DNA of 64,000 nt from an uncultured virus (IMG/VR IMGVR_UViG_3300028196_000002) (IMGVR_UViG_3300028196_000002), one strand, 5' to 3'. Positions 1 through 8,695 are shown, counted from the stretch's first letter. The notes: generated by a model from the letters alone, not told the origin. Translations and numbers: made by a program.

Positions 1-5
1 TTGAG

Positions 6-36
6 CATAAAAAAACCCCTACTAAAAGTAGAGGTT
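6..36 (-). terminator. Intrinsic terminator of early cassette; identical 31-bp copy at 2717-2747
   Basis: Imperfect hairpin AACCCCTACT-AAA-AGTAGAGGTT with A-run (U-tail on minus strand) after ORF 56-280. Confidence 0.8.
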
Positions 37-55
37 ATTTGTGTGGTGTATTACA

Positions 56-280
56 TTACCTATATAAAGTTACATAATCTCCGAATTCACTATCGAAATA
101 ATTAATTAAGTTGTCATAGTCTCCCGATGTCATACGTTTGATATTACTTTCAACATCTTCTTTAGTGTGTCCTAATTGTTTCCACAATTTCTTAGCTGTG
201 CCGATTAAATAAAACGCATTTCCCTGTGGTCCCGTTAAATCGATTACGATTCCGTTTTGTTTTGGTTTATCTACTATCAT
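56..280 (-). CDS. Hypothetical early phage protein
   Basis: 74 aa ORF with IDLTGPQGNAF motif, in promoter-terminator cassette. Confidence 0.8.
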   Translation of the reverse strand: MIVDKPKQNGIVIDLTGPQGNAFYLIGTAKKLWKQLGHTKEDVESNIKRMTSGDYDNLINYFDSEFGDYVTLYR

Positions 281-594
281 TATCTTTTATTTAAATTATC
301 TAATTTAATCCAACCCTCCTTTATTCCTTGTCTACATTCTGCAACACCGAACCCTAAAAATTCATTTCTGTATTTACTTGTAGTCCTTGAATAATCCCAA
401 TAGTTCTCATCGAAAACATATTGAGGTCTTTTAACACCTTGAATGTTAAATCTTTTTTCTGTCTTGTAACAAATCTTTGTACCATACGAAACGAACATCG
501 ATCCGTTATCATCTGATAAAATTTGTTGATTTGCGAGAGGGTTTCCACCTCTTGATTGCATCGGTTCTAACGATACGAATTTCATTAATCTCAT
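280..594 (-). CDS. Hypothetical early phage protein
   Basis: 104 aa, coupled to 56-280, downstream of TATATTTG promoter. Confidence 0.8.
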   Translation of the reverse strand: MRLMKFVSLEPMQSRGGNPLANQQILSDDNGSMFVSYGTKICYKTEKRFNIQGVKRPQYVFDENYWDYSRTTSKYRNEFLGFGVAECRQGIKEGWIKLDNLNKR

Positions 595-622
595 GATTTC
601 TTTTTTATTGATTACTAATACT

Positions 623-655
623 CAAATATAACACTTTTTTTATTATAACCAACAT
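623..655 (-). promoter_or_regulatory. Bacteroidota sigma-A-type early promoter (representative; similar -7 boxes at 952, 1258, 2473, 3181, 3830, 4913)
   Basis: Minus-strand TATATTTG (TAnnTTTG -7 box) with upstream TTGG element, repeated before most early cassettes. Confidence 0.75.
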
Positions 656-709
656 AAAAAGATAACTTTGTTTGCCGATTAAAATACGGGATGGGCCCTG
701 AACCTTCCG

Positions 710-931
710 TTACAAAATCTGTTCTTGAAGTTCCTTTACCAAATCCTTAACTTGGGATTGTGTAAGTTGTACGTGTGCGAACATACGATTATGGTCTACA
801 TCGGGGTCGATATTCATTTGAACCATAATACCATTCTTCCCACCCGAAAAACGAGTTAATCTGATTTCACTTTCCTTATTACCAAATTCGGTTTCTTTCC
901 GACACTTGATTGATTTCAATTCTGTTGACAT
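710..931 (-). CDS. Hypothetical early protein
   Basis: 73 aa ORF with own upstream promoter-like box. Confidence 0.75.
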   Translation of the reverse strand: MSTELKSIKCRKETEFGNKESEIRLTRFSGGKNGIMVQMNIDPDVDHNRMFAHVQLTQSQVKDLVKELQEQIL

Positions 932-1416
932 AATTTCTATTGTTTAGACTATAAAGATATAACAAATAATTGGTTATACCAAATACATTAGAATAGATCT
1001 TGCCAAATAGATTTGACCTGTAGACTCGCCAGGTGATTTGCCAGGTAAACCAGTTTTCAAACAGCGCTGGACCAGCAATGATTCTAATTGGCGGATGCCA
1101 AACAAAATGTTTTCTGCAGTATCCAACCACGAAGACTGTTGCAGCTGGTCTTCAAGAAAGTTATTGGCAAAAGAAAAGAGGTTACTTACCACAGTAACCC
1201 CTTTTATAACTTTCACATTTAAGTTGTAAACCAACCATATCTTGTTTAACAACACGACAAATATATTAAACAAACACGTAATCAACAACTTATGGGTGTT
1301 ATTTTAATATTAATCCTGCCAATTACTATTACCTCCAGTGCTGTGTAACTTCATTACATACCTGGCATAAAAAAAACCCTTACGTTAATAAGAGTTTAAT
1401 TTTCTTGTGAAAGAAT

Positions 1417-1659
1417 TCAAGGGGGTGTAGTCAAACTATATCTGTTTAAGTGGTAAAGTTCAAAGTCGATAAACCCAAGTTTATCTACGATATACTGACC
1501 TACACAGTTGGTTTCTTGTAATACATTTTCATAGGGTAGTCCTAATGTACGTTTACAAAACTTTTTTAAATTCCGAATTACGAATCGGTGTGGTACAGAG
1601 TGATTGTCTTTAATGGTTAATACCCACTTATCAGACGTTTTTGTTAAATAACCTTTCAT
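1417..1659 (-). CDS. Hypothetical early protein
   Basis: ORF 1417-1698 with start trimmed to MKGYL; followed by terminator. Confidence 0.65.
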   Translation of the reverse strand: MKGYLTKTSDKWVLTIKDNHSVPHRFVIRNLKKFCKRTLGLPYENVLQETNCVGQYIVDKLGFIDFELYHLNRYSLTTPP

Positions 1660-1952
1660 GATATATTGTTTTATGATTACCCTACTAATGTAATACAATA
1701 TTTTGATATAACCAAATTAATATAATATTATTTTGTTGAGTCAAGATTCCTGACATGTTACCCATATTTTATTTGGCAAGGTTTCCTAAAATGTAATACG
1801 AACTAAAGGTTCGTCTGAGATCTTGACAATCTATTTGGCAGGTGCCAATTAAAATACTATTCACCATGTATATCCTTCTTGGAAAAATATTAAACATAAA
1901 AAAACCCCCACCATTTCTGATGAGGGTAATTTCGACTAAAACTAAAACAAAA

Positions 1953-2441
1953 TTAAACTACTACTTCATATCTTGTACCTTTGTAGGAAAACTTTTTGAT
2001 GTTGTCCGTTCTCATTGTGAAAACTTGTACCTCTCTTTCGTTATAGGTTGGTAAGAAAGGTTGGATAACTTCTTTTTCTATCGGTTGTCCGTTGTGAATG
2101 TACTCGTTACGGATTGACTGATTTTCAAAAGTTTCATACATAAAGTATGTGTTGTCGTTGTTTCGGTGTTTAACTACACAAGGACTAATGTGTTCAAACC
2201 AATTTGGTTTACTCTCAAACTCTTGGTTGTTAGTTTTTTTCTTCATACGATTTTCGTAATCGGGTAAACAACGAACATTTTTACTTGACTTTTTTACTAC
2301 TGAATTGTAGTAGGGGTTGTTTGTCTTTTTCATTTTTACATTTGTAACACTCTCGATGTTTACAAATTCCCCTTTTTCGACTTGTTGTAAGATATTGACT
2401 AAAGTGTCTTTGTCAATTCTTTGTGGTGTTTGGTTTTTCAT
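1953..2441 (-). CDS. Hypothetical early protein
   Basis: 162 aa between promoter (2473) and terminator (about 1900-1930). Confidence 0.8.
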   Translation of the reverse strand: MKNQTPQRIDKDTLVNILQQVEKGEFVNIESVTNVKMKKTNNPYYNSVVKKSSKNVRCLPDYENRMKKKTNNQEFESKPNWFEHISPCVVKHRNNDNTYFMYETFENQSIRNEYIHNGQPIEKEVIQPFLPTYNEREVQVFTMRTDNIKKFSYKGTRYEVVV

Positions 2442-2628
2442 ATCCGATGAAATTTAAATGATTTATAATACTCAAATATAAAACAATTATATCATTATAC
2501 CAAATAAACTTTTGCCGATTAAAATGTAGAATGGGTTTCACGGGACACGAACTTTTTTCTAATGTTCCAAATTTTTCATCAACTTTTTTTGGATACGGGT
2601 GATCCAGTTCCTATTCTAATTGGCGGGT

Positions 2629-2716
2629 GCCAAATAAAATGTTACATGGGCCCTGTAGGTTGAGTGTGGATGCCAAACAAAATGTTACATGGGCCCTGAC
2701 GGAGATTGAGTGTGGA
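2629..2716 (+). repeat. Imperfect tandem duplication (about 43 bp x2)
   Basis: GCCAAAYAAAATGTTACATGGGCCCTG...TTGAGTGTGGA at 2629 and 2672. Confidence 0.9.
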
Positions 2717-2747
2717 CATAAAAAAACCCCTACTAAAAGTAGAGGTT
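2717..2747 (-). terminator. Intrinsic terminator identical to 6-36
   Basis: 31-bp exact repeat. Confidence 0.8.
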
Positions 2748-2772
2748 GTTGTTTTAATTTTAAGATTTCACT

Positions 2773-3177
2773 TTAGAGATTGGATGTTTTGTATATACCA
2801 TTATTTGGATTATACCTAAAAGTTTTTTCATCTCCGACATGATTACCCTCTCCATGCCAGTAACTATGACTAACTTCTACTTGACCAAGGGGGTCGATAT
2901 CCACATCAAAAGTAGTCCAACAATTTTCATCGGTTACTTTTTGTAATTCTGGTAAGTGTTTCTCAACAAACGAGAAAATAAACCTTACAATAGGGTTGGG
3001 GTTTTCAGAACGAATTTCATCCTCTTCAAAATTCACACTACCTTTCACATAGTATGAATTCATTAAATAATTCGTTTCTCCATGGTCAAAACTAAAACCA
3101 AATTCAATCTTTTCTTTTTTTTCCGTATTGGTGGCCACACTATCTGATAGGGGATCCACCTCTATTAATTTATTCAT
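2773..3177 (-). CDS. Hypothetical early protein
   Basis: About 134 aa; start uncertain because the promoter box lies at 3181-3188. Confidence 0.7.
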   Translation of the reverse strand: MNKLIEVDPLSDSVATNTEKKEKIEFGFSFDHGETNYLMNSYYVKGSVNFEEDEIRSENPNPIVRFIFSFVEKHLPELQKVTDENCWTTFDVDIDPLGQVEVSHSYWHGEGNHVGDEKTFRYNPNNGIYKTSNL

Positions 3178-3486
3178 ACTCAAAGATAAAACTATTATAC
3201 CGTTATACCAAATAAACTTTTGCCAAACAGAATACCAAATCCTGAGATGGTAACTTCGACTCCATACCTCAAGAGGAAGGTTATGTTACGACGTGCACCT
3301 TCAAACATTTTAATTGGCGAGATCTTGCCAAATAGAATAACCGAAGACTTTCCCGCGGAGGGAAGGTTTAGTGCATAAAAAAACCCTAACTAATTAAAGT
3401 GAGGGTTATTGGTTTTCTTGATTAATGTTTCTTTTTAGAGGGTCGTCTTTTCATACCTTACTTTATGTTTCATTATCGTAATGTTA

Positions 3487-3609
3487 TTATATATCCCAAA
3501 TGATACCTACTGAAAACCTAATTACAAAATAAGAGAAAGATAAAATAATAATTCCATATTGTAGACGTTCCCCATTTTTACTATCTAACCATTTAAAAAA
3601 CTTTTCCAT
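3487..3609 (-). CDS. Small membrane protein (40 aa)
   Basis: Translated by hand: MEKFFKWLDSKNGERLQYGIIILSFSYFVIRFSVGIIWDI. Confidence 0.6.
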   Translation of the reverse strand: MEKFFKWLDSKNGERLQYGIIILSFSYFVIRFSVGIIWDI

Positions 3610-3611
3610 AA

Positions 3612-3791
3612 TTAAAGTTTTATAAAGTTAGACCTTAACTTATTGATGTTCTTCATAATGAAACTATGAACTCCCATTACAATAACATAACTGACAACTG
3701 AAACGAAACCGATTACACAAGTTGCCCAAAAACCGAACAACAATGTCATTCCTACATCCATTCCACTAATAGTGTTTACTAAATTTTCCAT
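3612..3791 (-). CDS. Small membrane protein (59 aa)
   Basis: Translated by hand, long hydrophobic core; first gene after promoter at 3830. Confidence 0.65.
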   Translation of the reverse strand: MENLVNTISGMDVGMTLLFGFWATCVIGFVSVVSYVIVMGVHSFIMKNINKLRSNFIKL

Positions 3792-4097
3792 GATACTTTT
3801 TTTTAAGTGTTTATTAATTGATTACATAACAAATATAATAATAATTCTATTATATACAATACTTTATTACAAGTTTGTTTGCCAATTAAATTAAGGGATT
3901 AAACTGTGCAGTTACAGTGCACACATTCAGCAGTTTCTTTGAGCGCTAAATGAGCGCAACAGCAGGTGGATTTTAGTTGGCACGTGCCAAATAGATTAAG
4001 GGAGGATGCATATAAACTTCGGGGGAAACCATTACAAATAAAAAACCCCACCTCAATTAAGAGATAGGGTTTATCCATTGTTATCAGTAATCAATAA

Positions 4098-4856
4098 CTA
4101 AACACGAATGAATATCTTCTTGTCGTTTCGACGTTTATAATTATAGATATCCTCAATCATTCTAACATAGTCAGATTGATTACCACAAATCTTGAAATAG
4201 TGGGGTATGATTTCAGATTTCTTTATGAACTCATTTGTATTAAACTCATTCTCATACTTGTTTAATATACTTAACATACTACGTACAAAAATAGTACGTG
4301 AATATCCTTCGGGGAAAAACTTTTGTAGTGAAGTAATAAACTCTCCCCATTGTACCGCTTTACTATAACTACTTATCCTGAATTGACCATTGTTGAATTG
4401 GTCTTTACGAGTATTAGTAAAAGTACCATTGGTTAAAAGGAACATACTATCAGTTAAACTAAAATGGGGGAATACCTCCATATATTGTTTCAACTTAATA
4501 TAGTTACGATTACCTTTAGATACATAGAACTCCAAGAAATCTCTACGTGACCAAGAGGATGAATTGGTATTAGACCTAATTACCTCTTTTTCTCCATAGT
4601 TGTTTACTTGAAGATAATAGATTCCTTTACCACTCATCTTACTCGCGTGGTATCGGTGTTGTCCGTCAATAATTTCCATTTTCTTATTGACTACGATAGG
4701 ATTTACAAGAAGTCCCTCATTGGACATACTCTCATAAATTTTCTTAACTCGACTCATATTAACTGGTCGGTTGTTTTCCATTAACTTGAACATATCCAAG
4801 TTAGTTGTGTACTTGACAGTCATGTCACTTTTCGGTTTCATTGTTTTACTCGACAT
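4098..4856 (-). CDS. ParB/Srx-like N-terminal domain protein
   Basis: NR...PIVV...IIDGQHRY motif of the ParB/sulfiredoxin fold. Confidence 0.75.
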   Translation of the reverse strand: MSSKTMKPKSDMTVKYTTNLDMFKLMENNRPVNMSRVKKIYESMSNEGLLVNPIVVNKKMEIIDGQHRYHASKMSGKGIYYLQVNNYGEKEVIRSNTNSSSWSRRDFLEFYVSKGNRNYIKLKQYMEVFPHFSLTDSMFLLTNGTFTNTRKDQFNNGQFRISSYSKAVQWGEFITSLQKFFPEGYSRTIFVRSMLSILNKYENEFNTNEFIKKSEIIPHYFKICGNQSDYVRMIEDIYNYKRRNDKKIFIRV

Positions 4857-5103
4857 AATAAAAGTTGTTCGGTATTATCTCCCCGTCCGCGGTTTTAGTT
4901 ATTGATTGAGTACAAACATACAAATACTTTTTTTAATATCCAAATATAACTGTAAATAGTTTTTACTATTCCGCCAAATAGATTTTAAAATGAAGAGATA
5001 TGTGACTCGAGTTATGATCAGGATCCTGAGGTGAATCAGACTTTGATTGGCACCACACCCTCAGATCACAGACGACAGTGGGACCTGTTGTATTTTATTT
5101 GGC

Positions 5104-5250
5104 ACCCTCCCCACTATGTAGGGGTATGGGGGGACCCCCCTGCAGGACCCCCTCCCGTATCCCCCCTTATATAAGGGTATTTTCGACTTCTCCAGAGGGG
5201 GGTCAGAACCGTGACTGAAATTTTTTTGGAATTTTTTCGGAAAATGGGTA
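5104..5250. other. GC-rich palindromic junction (candidate genome end, packaging site or origin)
   Basis: G6-A-C6, CCTGCAGG, CCCTTATATAAGGG palindrome and T-tracts, at the point where transcription diverges. Confidence 0.4.
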
Positions 5251-5336
5251 AAACCTTTACATAGTAAAAAGGGGGTAAATCGAAAATAAAAATTTTGGGA
5301 GTTTTTCGTAGAAATCGAGAATTGTCAAAAAGAAGA

Positions 5337-5344
5337 TATTTATA
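5337..5344 (+). promoter_or_regulatory. Putative late promoter TATTTATW (representative)
   Basis: Same sense-strand motif precedes terminase (54063), portal (55900), protease (59279), scaffold (60044) and many other genes. Confidence 0.75.
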
Positions 5345-5360
5345 TAGAAAGATTATAACT

Positions 5361-6119
5361 ATGATTTTAATTTCAGAGGCCATGGGAAGACCCAAAGGAT
5401 CTAAAAACAAGGGTACTATTATGAACCAAAGCAAGGATTTGGAAAAAAGAATATTTGATATATTATCTATTTTCGCACAAAAGGGGTTTTTTGATTTTAC
5501 TGTGGCGGCTGTCGATGACAAAGCGGTGATGGATACGAAAGATTCAAAACTAATATCTTTATACAACGAGTTAGTTCCAAAACTAAGACAGTATTCTTCT
5601 CAGAAGGTGACCTCAACTACGGGAGGTGAAACTGGTAACATTCATAAAGTTTTAACTAAACTATATGGAACATTCTCAACTGCAGAGGAATTGAATAAGG
5701 CAATGGGGTTCTTGTTATATGTTCAACGTAGAAAATTATCTAATGATAATGATATTCCCATGTCAGATGATCTTGATAGAGATCAAGTGAGAAAACTATA
5801 TAAGGATTATGAGAATAGATCAACTAATCCAGTATCACTTAACAACCCTAATAGTCCCATACAAAGTAGACATAAGGATGGAGATCCTCATCCTACACTT
5901 AAAACAAAATCACAACAGAAAAATAATCTAATGTCTGTAATACCGGACTATCTTAAGAATCATCTAAAGTTAGATGATAATGAAATTGCATCAAGACTTG
6001 ACGCGTTATTTAGTGAGAAACGTGAGAACACTGAATTAAGACCTTCTGATGATGAAGAATTTGAGTCTTGGGAAAAACTTCAAGAACACATAGTAAGGGA
6101 TTTTAAAAGATTTCTTTAA
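5361..6119 (+). CDS. Late protein with AT-hook-like motif
   Basis: Start trimmed to first ATG after late box; GRPKGSKNK near N-terminus. Confidence 0.7.
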   Translation: MILISEAMGRPKGSKNKGTIMNQSKDLEKRIFDILSIFAQKGFFDFTVAAVDDKAVMDTKDSKLISLYNELVPKLRQYSSQKVTSTTGGETGNIHKVLTKLYGTFSTAEELNKAMGFLLYVQRRKLSNDNDIPMSDDLDRDQVRKLYKDYENRSTNPVSLNNPNSPIQSRHKDGDPHPTLKTKSQQKNNLMSVIPDYLKNHLKLDDNEIASRLDALFSEKRENTELRPSDDEEFESWEKLQEHIVRDFKRFL

Positions 6120-6197
6120 CCTTTTACATAGTAAAAAGGGGGTATTTGACTAATAATAATATTTTACGTATGTTATGTAATGTAAAATATATATAAG

Positions 6198-6452
6198 ATG
6201 GAAAAACAAGAACAAAAAGTACCTGAAACAATTTCATTAACAACAAAAGAAGGATTTCTAATGTTTTTAGAAGATATGACTCAAGAATATGTAGATTCTA
6301 TAAAAACTAAAGACGAACTTAGTGTTGTAGCATTATTACTATGGGGTAGAATGGTTAAGTATGAGGAGGAAGAAGATTATAGGATCTGTTCAATAATAAA
6401 GGAAAAGATGGGTATGGTGAATGTTAAAGGGAAAAAACTATTAAAGGTATAA
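6198..6452 (+). CDS. Small protein with UVR-like motif
   Basis: YEEEEDYRICSIIKE. Confidence 0.6.
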   Translation: MEKQEQKVPETISLTTKEGFLMFLEDMTQEYVDSIKTKDELSVVALLLWGRMVKYEEEEDYRICSIIKEKMGMVNVKGKKLLKV

Positions 6453-6453
6453 C

Positions 6454-7365
6454 CTATACCAATCGTTGTGGTGGAGTAAGTGTAGTTCTTGTCCACTTAT
6501 GACCATACATTTCATAAACCTCTATATTATCATCACAATATTCTCTCATTAAGGGGGAAGTATATCTCCAAGGATATTCTAATGGAGTTTCATTAAATAT
6601 ATTAACCTGTGAGGTCGTACTAAAGATATAATCAGGATCGGTGGGATCCTCATGTAACCACTTACCAATTATATGACCTTTCTGTTCTATAAGGGAAAAG
6701 TAAGGGGAATATACATTTGTTAGTACACCTGACATATTAGGACTCATATACTCAATGAATAAGTCTACGGGCATTTGTAATTTATAATCGTTTATTAATT
6801 TATAAAGACACCACTTATCAACGATATAAGAGTGTGCACCTATACCTATGTGGGATTTTGGTATTTGAAATAAATCATCAAGTGGATCACCTACAATTTG
6901 GGGGGAAGTCCTACCAATCCAAAATATGTCACAATACCTTTTATGTAGTCTCTCTATGAGTAATTTATATGTACCATCATATATGTAATCAATAAGATTA
7001 TCATTTGGACGAGCATCATCCTCAAGTATGAGAAATTTTCTACCATGTCCTGAATTTGCAATCTCCCATATATTTTTATGTGCAAGTCCAATACCTATCA
7101 TATTCTCCGTAAGACCCGGCTGACTACCCTTACCTTGTTGAAGATCGTACCATTCACCCTTCATCTCACCACTTTTAAGTAGTTTACCTATATCAAAGTG
7201 ACCTTTCTTATAATTTACTGAATCAATAAATTCATAATTAAAACCATCGAAGTATTTCCAATCATCAATAAAGGATTGTCTTCTCTCAACATTATCAGGA
7301 TCACTAATAACGAATATTCTGTCACATCCAAAGTTGTGTAAATCTATCTTTTTGTGTACGTACAT
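6454..7365 (-). CDS. Glycosyltransferase family 25-like
   Basis: ERR, LAH, LILEDDA, GAHSYIV and PVD motifs; start trimmed to follow late box. Confidence 0.8.
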   Translation of the reverse strand: MYVHKKIDLHNFGCDRIFVISDPDNVERRQSFIDDWKYFDGFNYEFIDSVNYKKGHFDIGKLLKSGEMKGEWYDLQQGKGSQPGLTENMIGIGLAHKNIWEIANSGHGRKFLILEDDARPNDNLIDYIYDGTYKLLIERLHKRYCDIFWIGRTSPQIVGDPLDDLFQIPKSHIGIGAHSYIVDKWCLYKLINDYKLQMPVDLFIEYMSPNMSGVLTNVYSPYFSLIEQKGHIIGKWLHEDPTDPDYIFSTTSQVNIFNETPLEYPWRYTSPLMREYCDDNIEVYEMYGHKWTRTTLTPPQRLV

Positions 7366-7455
7366 ACCCATAAATATAGTACGTATAAAAGTTTTTAGGT
7401 GGGGTTTATGGTTAAATAATAATTTCGTAATATTTATATAGAAACATAACACAAG

Positions 7456-7827
7456 ATGAATAAAATAAAACTTACAGAAGAACAATTAAATAGACTTGTA
7501 GAAACTACCACTGTCTTTAAAGATGAACACAAAATGAAAGAAGATGTTGATTCGGAATTAGGTGAACAAACACAAGCCATAATGAAAGCATTTAAAAAGG
7601 CTGAAGAAGATAGTAAGAAATGTGAATGTAAGTGTAACAAAGACGGTGAAGACTGTAAGTGTCCTCCTGACTGTAAAGACTGTGACTGTAATAAGGAAGA
7701 AGAAACTAAAGAGGATTGGAATCCTAATGCATCTGTAGGTACACAACCTGGTGGATTAATGCAAGGAGCTCACTTTCCTAAATGGATACAGGAAAATAAA
7801 AATAACTTTAAAAGATTAATTAAATAA
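7456..7827 (+). CDS. Late protein, TExQL N-terminus, Cys-rich core
   Basis: MNKIKLTEEQL; CECKC...CKCPPDCKDCDC. Confidence 0.75.
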   Translation: MNKIKLTEEQLNRLVETTTVFKDEHKMKEDVDSELGEQTQAIMKAFKKAEEDSKKCECKCNKDGEDCKCPPDCKDCDCNKEEETKEDWNPNASVGTQPGGLMQGAHFPKWIQENKNNFKRLIK

Positions 7828-7829
7828 TT

Positions 7830-8063
7830 ATGCCATACACTAACGCATCAGACGCACGAATAGGAACAAATCAAGTTAGAAGTAATATAACTCACATAAA
7901 TTCATTAATAGATGCGGAAGTAGCTAAAGGTGGAGAATTTATTATAGTAGGTCCACAGTACATAACAGACCCTATGATCACAACACTAAGAAATAAAGAT
8001 TACACTGTAACTACAAAACAGGATTCAATGGGGTCTTATAAAGAATACAAAATATCGTGGTAA
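7830..8063 (+). CDS. Hypothetical protein
   Basis: 77 aa, co-directional in operon. Confidence 0.7.
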   Translation: MPYTNASDARIGTNQVRSNITHINSLIDAEVAKGGEFIIVGPQYITDPMITTLRNKDYTVTTKQDSMGSYKEYKISW

Positions 8064-8386
8064 TGAAAAAAATAACTTTAACAGAAGAACAATACAGTAG
8101 ATTATTTGAACCTAAAGTGGTTTCAGAACAAAATGAATCAACGTGGGTATCTATGGATGATGATGAGAAGAGAGAATATCTTCAGTCATTCACGTCTGAT
8201 GGGGATAAAATCGAACAGATGTTACGAAGTCCTGAAGATCCTACAAAGGAATTCGAAGGAATGAGTGATGACGGATCAATCGGTGATATATCCGTTGAAC
8301 GGTCAACTGCAGAAATATTAGATGATATGGATGGAGATATAGAAGAATTAAGAAGATCTATTTCAGTAATCAAATCACGTATGTAA
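8063..8386 (+). CDS. Acidic late protein, TExQ N-terminus
   Basis: MKKITLTEEQY; followed by hairpin terminator. Confidence 0.75.
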   Translation: MKKITLTEEQYSRLFEPKVVSEQNESTWVSMDDDEKREYLQSFTSDGDKIEQMLRSPEDPTKEFEGMSDDGSIGDISVERSTAEILDDMDGDIEELRRSISVIKSRM

Positions 8387-8441
8387 AAATAAGGGACTTA
8401 ATTGTCCCTTTTTTTATGCAATAAAAAAACACAATAGTAAT

Positions 8442-8567
8442 ATGGAAAGTATTATAGTATCGGGGTTAATAGTAGGTTCAGTAGTTTACTTAGTATACCA
8501 TATGTTAAATAGACATAAGAAATGCGGGTGTGGAACCTGTGTATGTTCAGGTCAGTTTAGAAGATGA
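8442..8567 (+). CDS. Small Cys-rich membrane peptide (FeoB-associated Cys-rich-like architecture)
   Basis: Translated by hand, 41 aa: TM helix then HKKCGCGTCVC. Confidence 0.55.
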   Translation: MESIIVSGLIVGSVVYLVYHMLNRHKKCGCGTCVCSGQFRR

Positions 8568-8695
8568 TTTATAAAGTAAAAATAACCTACTTCAACGATG
8601 AGTCTTTTATAGGGGAGTTTGATACATCAGATATCAAATGGACTATGGAAGAATTCCAAAGAAACAGAAAACCTTTTCAATGGACAATCATTTAA
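8564..8695 (+). CDS. Hypothetical 43 aa protein
   Basis: ATGA overlap with upstream ORF. Confidence 0.5.
   Translation: MIYKVKITYFNDESFIGEFDTSDIKWTMEEFQRNRKPFQWTII

Larger units (their letters stand above)
674..5103. repeat. Dispersed 12-bp motif GCCRAHYARAWT, about 19 copies, intergenic, often as inverted pairs
   Basis: Copies start at 674, 1002, 1081, 1097, 1766, 1828, 1844, 2514, 2613, 2629, 2672, 3222, 3307, 3327, 3881, 3970, 3986, 4973, 5092. Confidence 0.9.
5256..6144 (+). repeat. 22-bp direct repeat flanking one gene
   Basis: TTTACATAGTAAAAAGGGGGTA at 5256-5277 and 6123-6144. Confidence 0.85.

Noticed and set aside
1088..1101. TTGGC-N4-GCCAA as an NF-I site or sigma-54 -24 box
   Set aside because: NF-I needs N5 and is eukaryotic; no conserved -12 TTGC follows
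879..1288. ORFs 879-1130, 974-1288 and 1038-1229
   Set aside because: They run across promoters, terminators and the motif array; probably spurious
674..5103. CRISPR array or integron attC interpretation of the early repeats
   Set aside because: Repeats are 12 bp, in both orientations and irregularly spaced; no cas or integrase gene in the window; no RYYYAAC/GTTRRRY ends
5114..5566. 150 aa minus-strand ORF
   Set aside because: Antisense to the 5361 gene and extends into the non-coding GC junction
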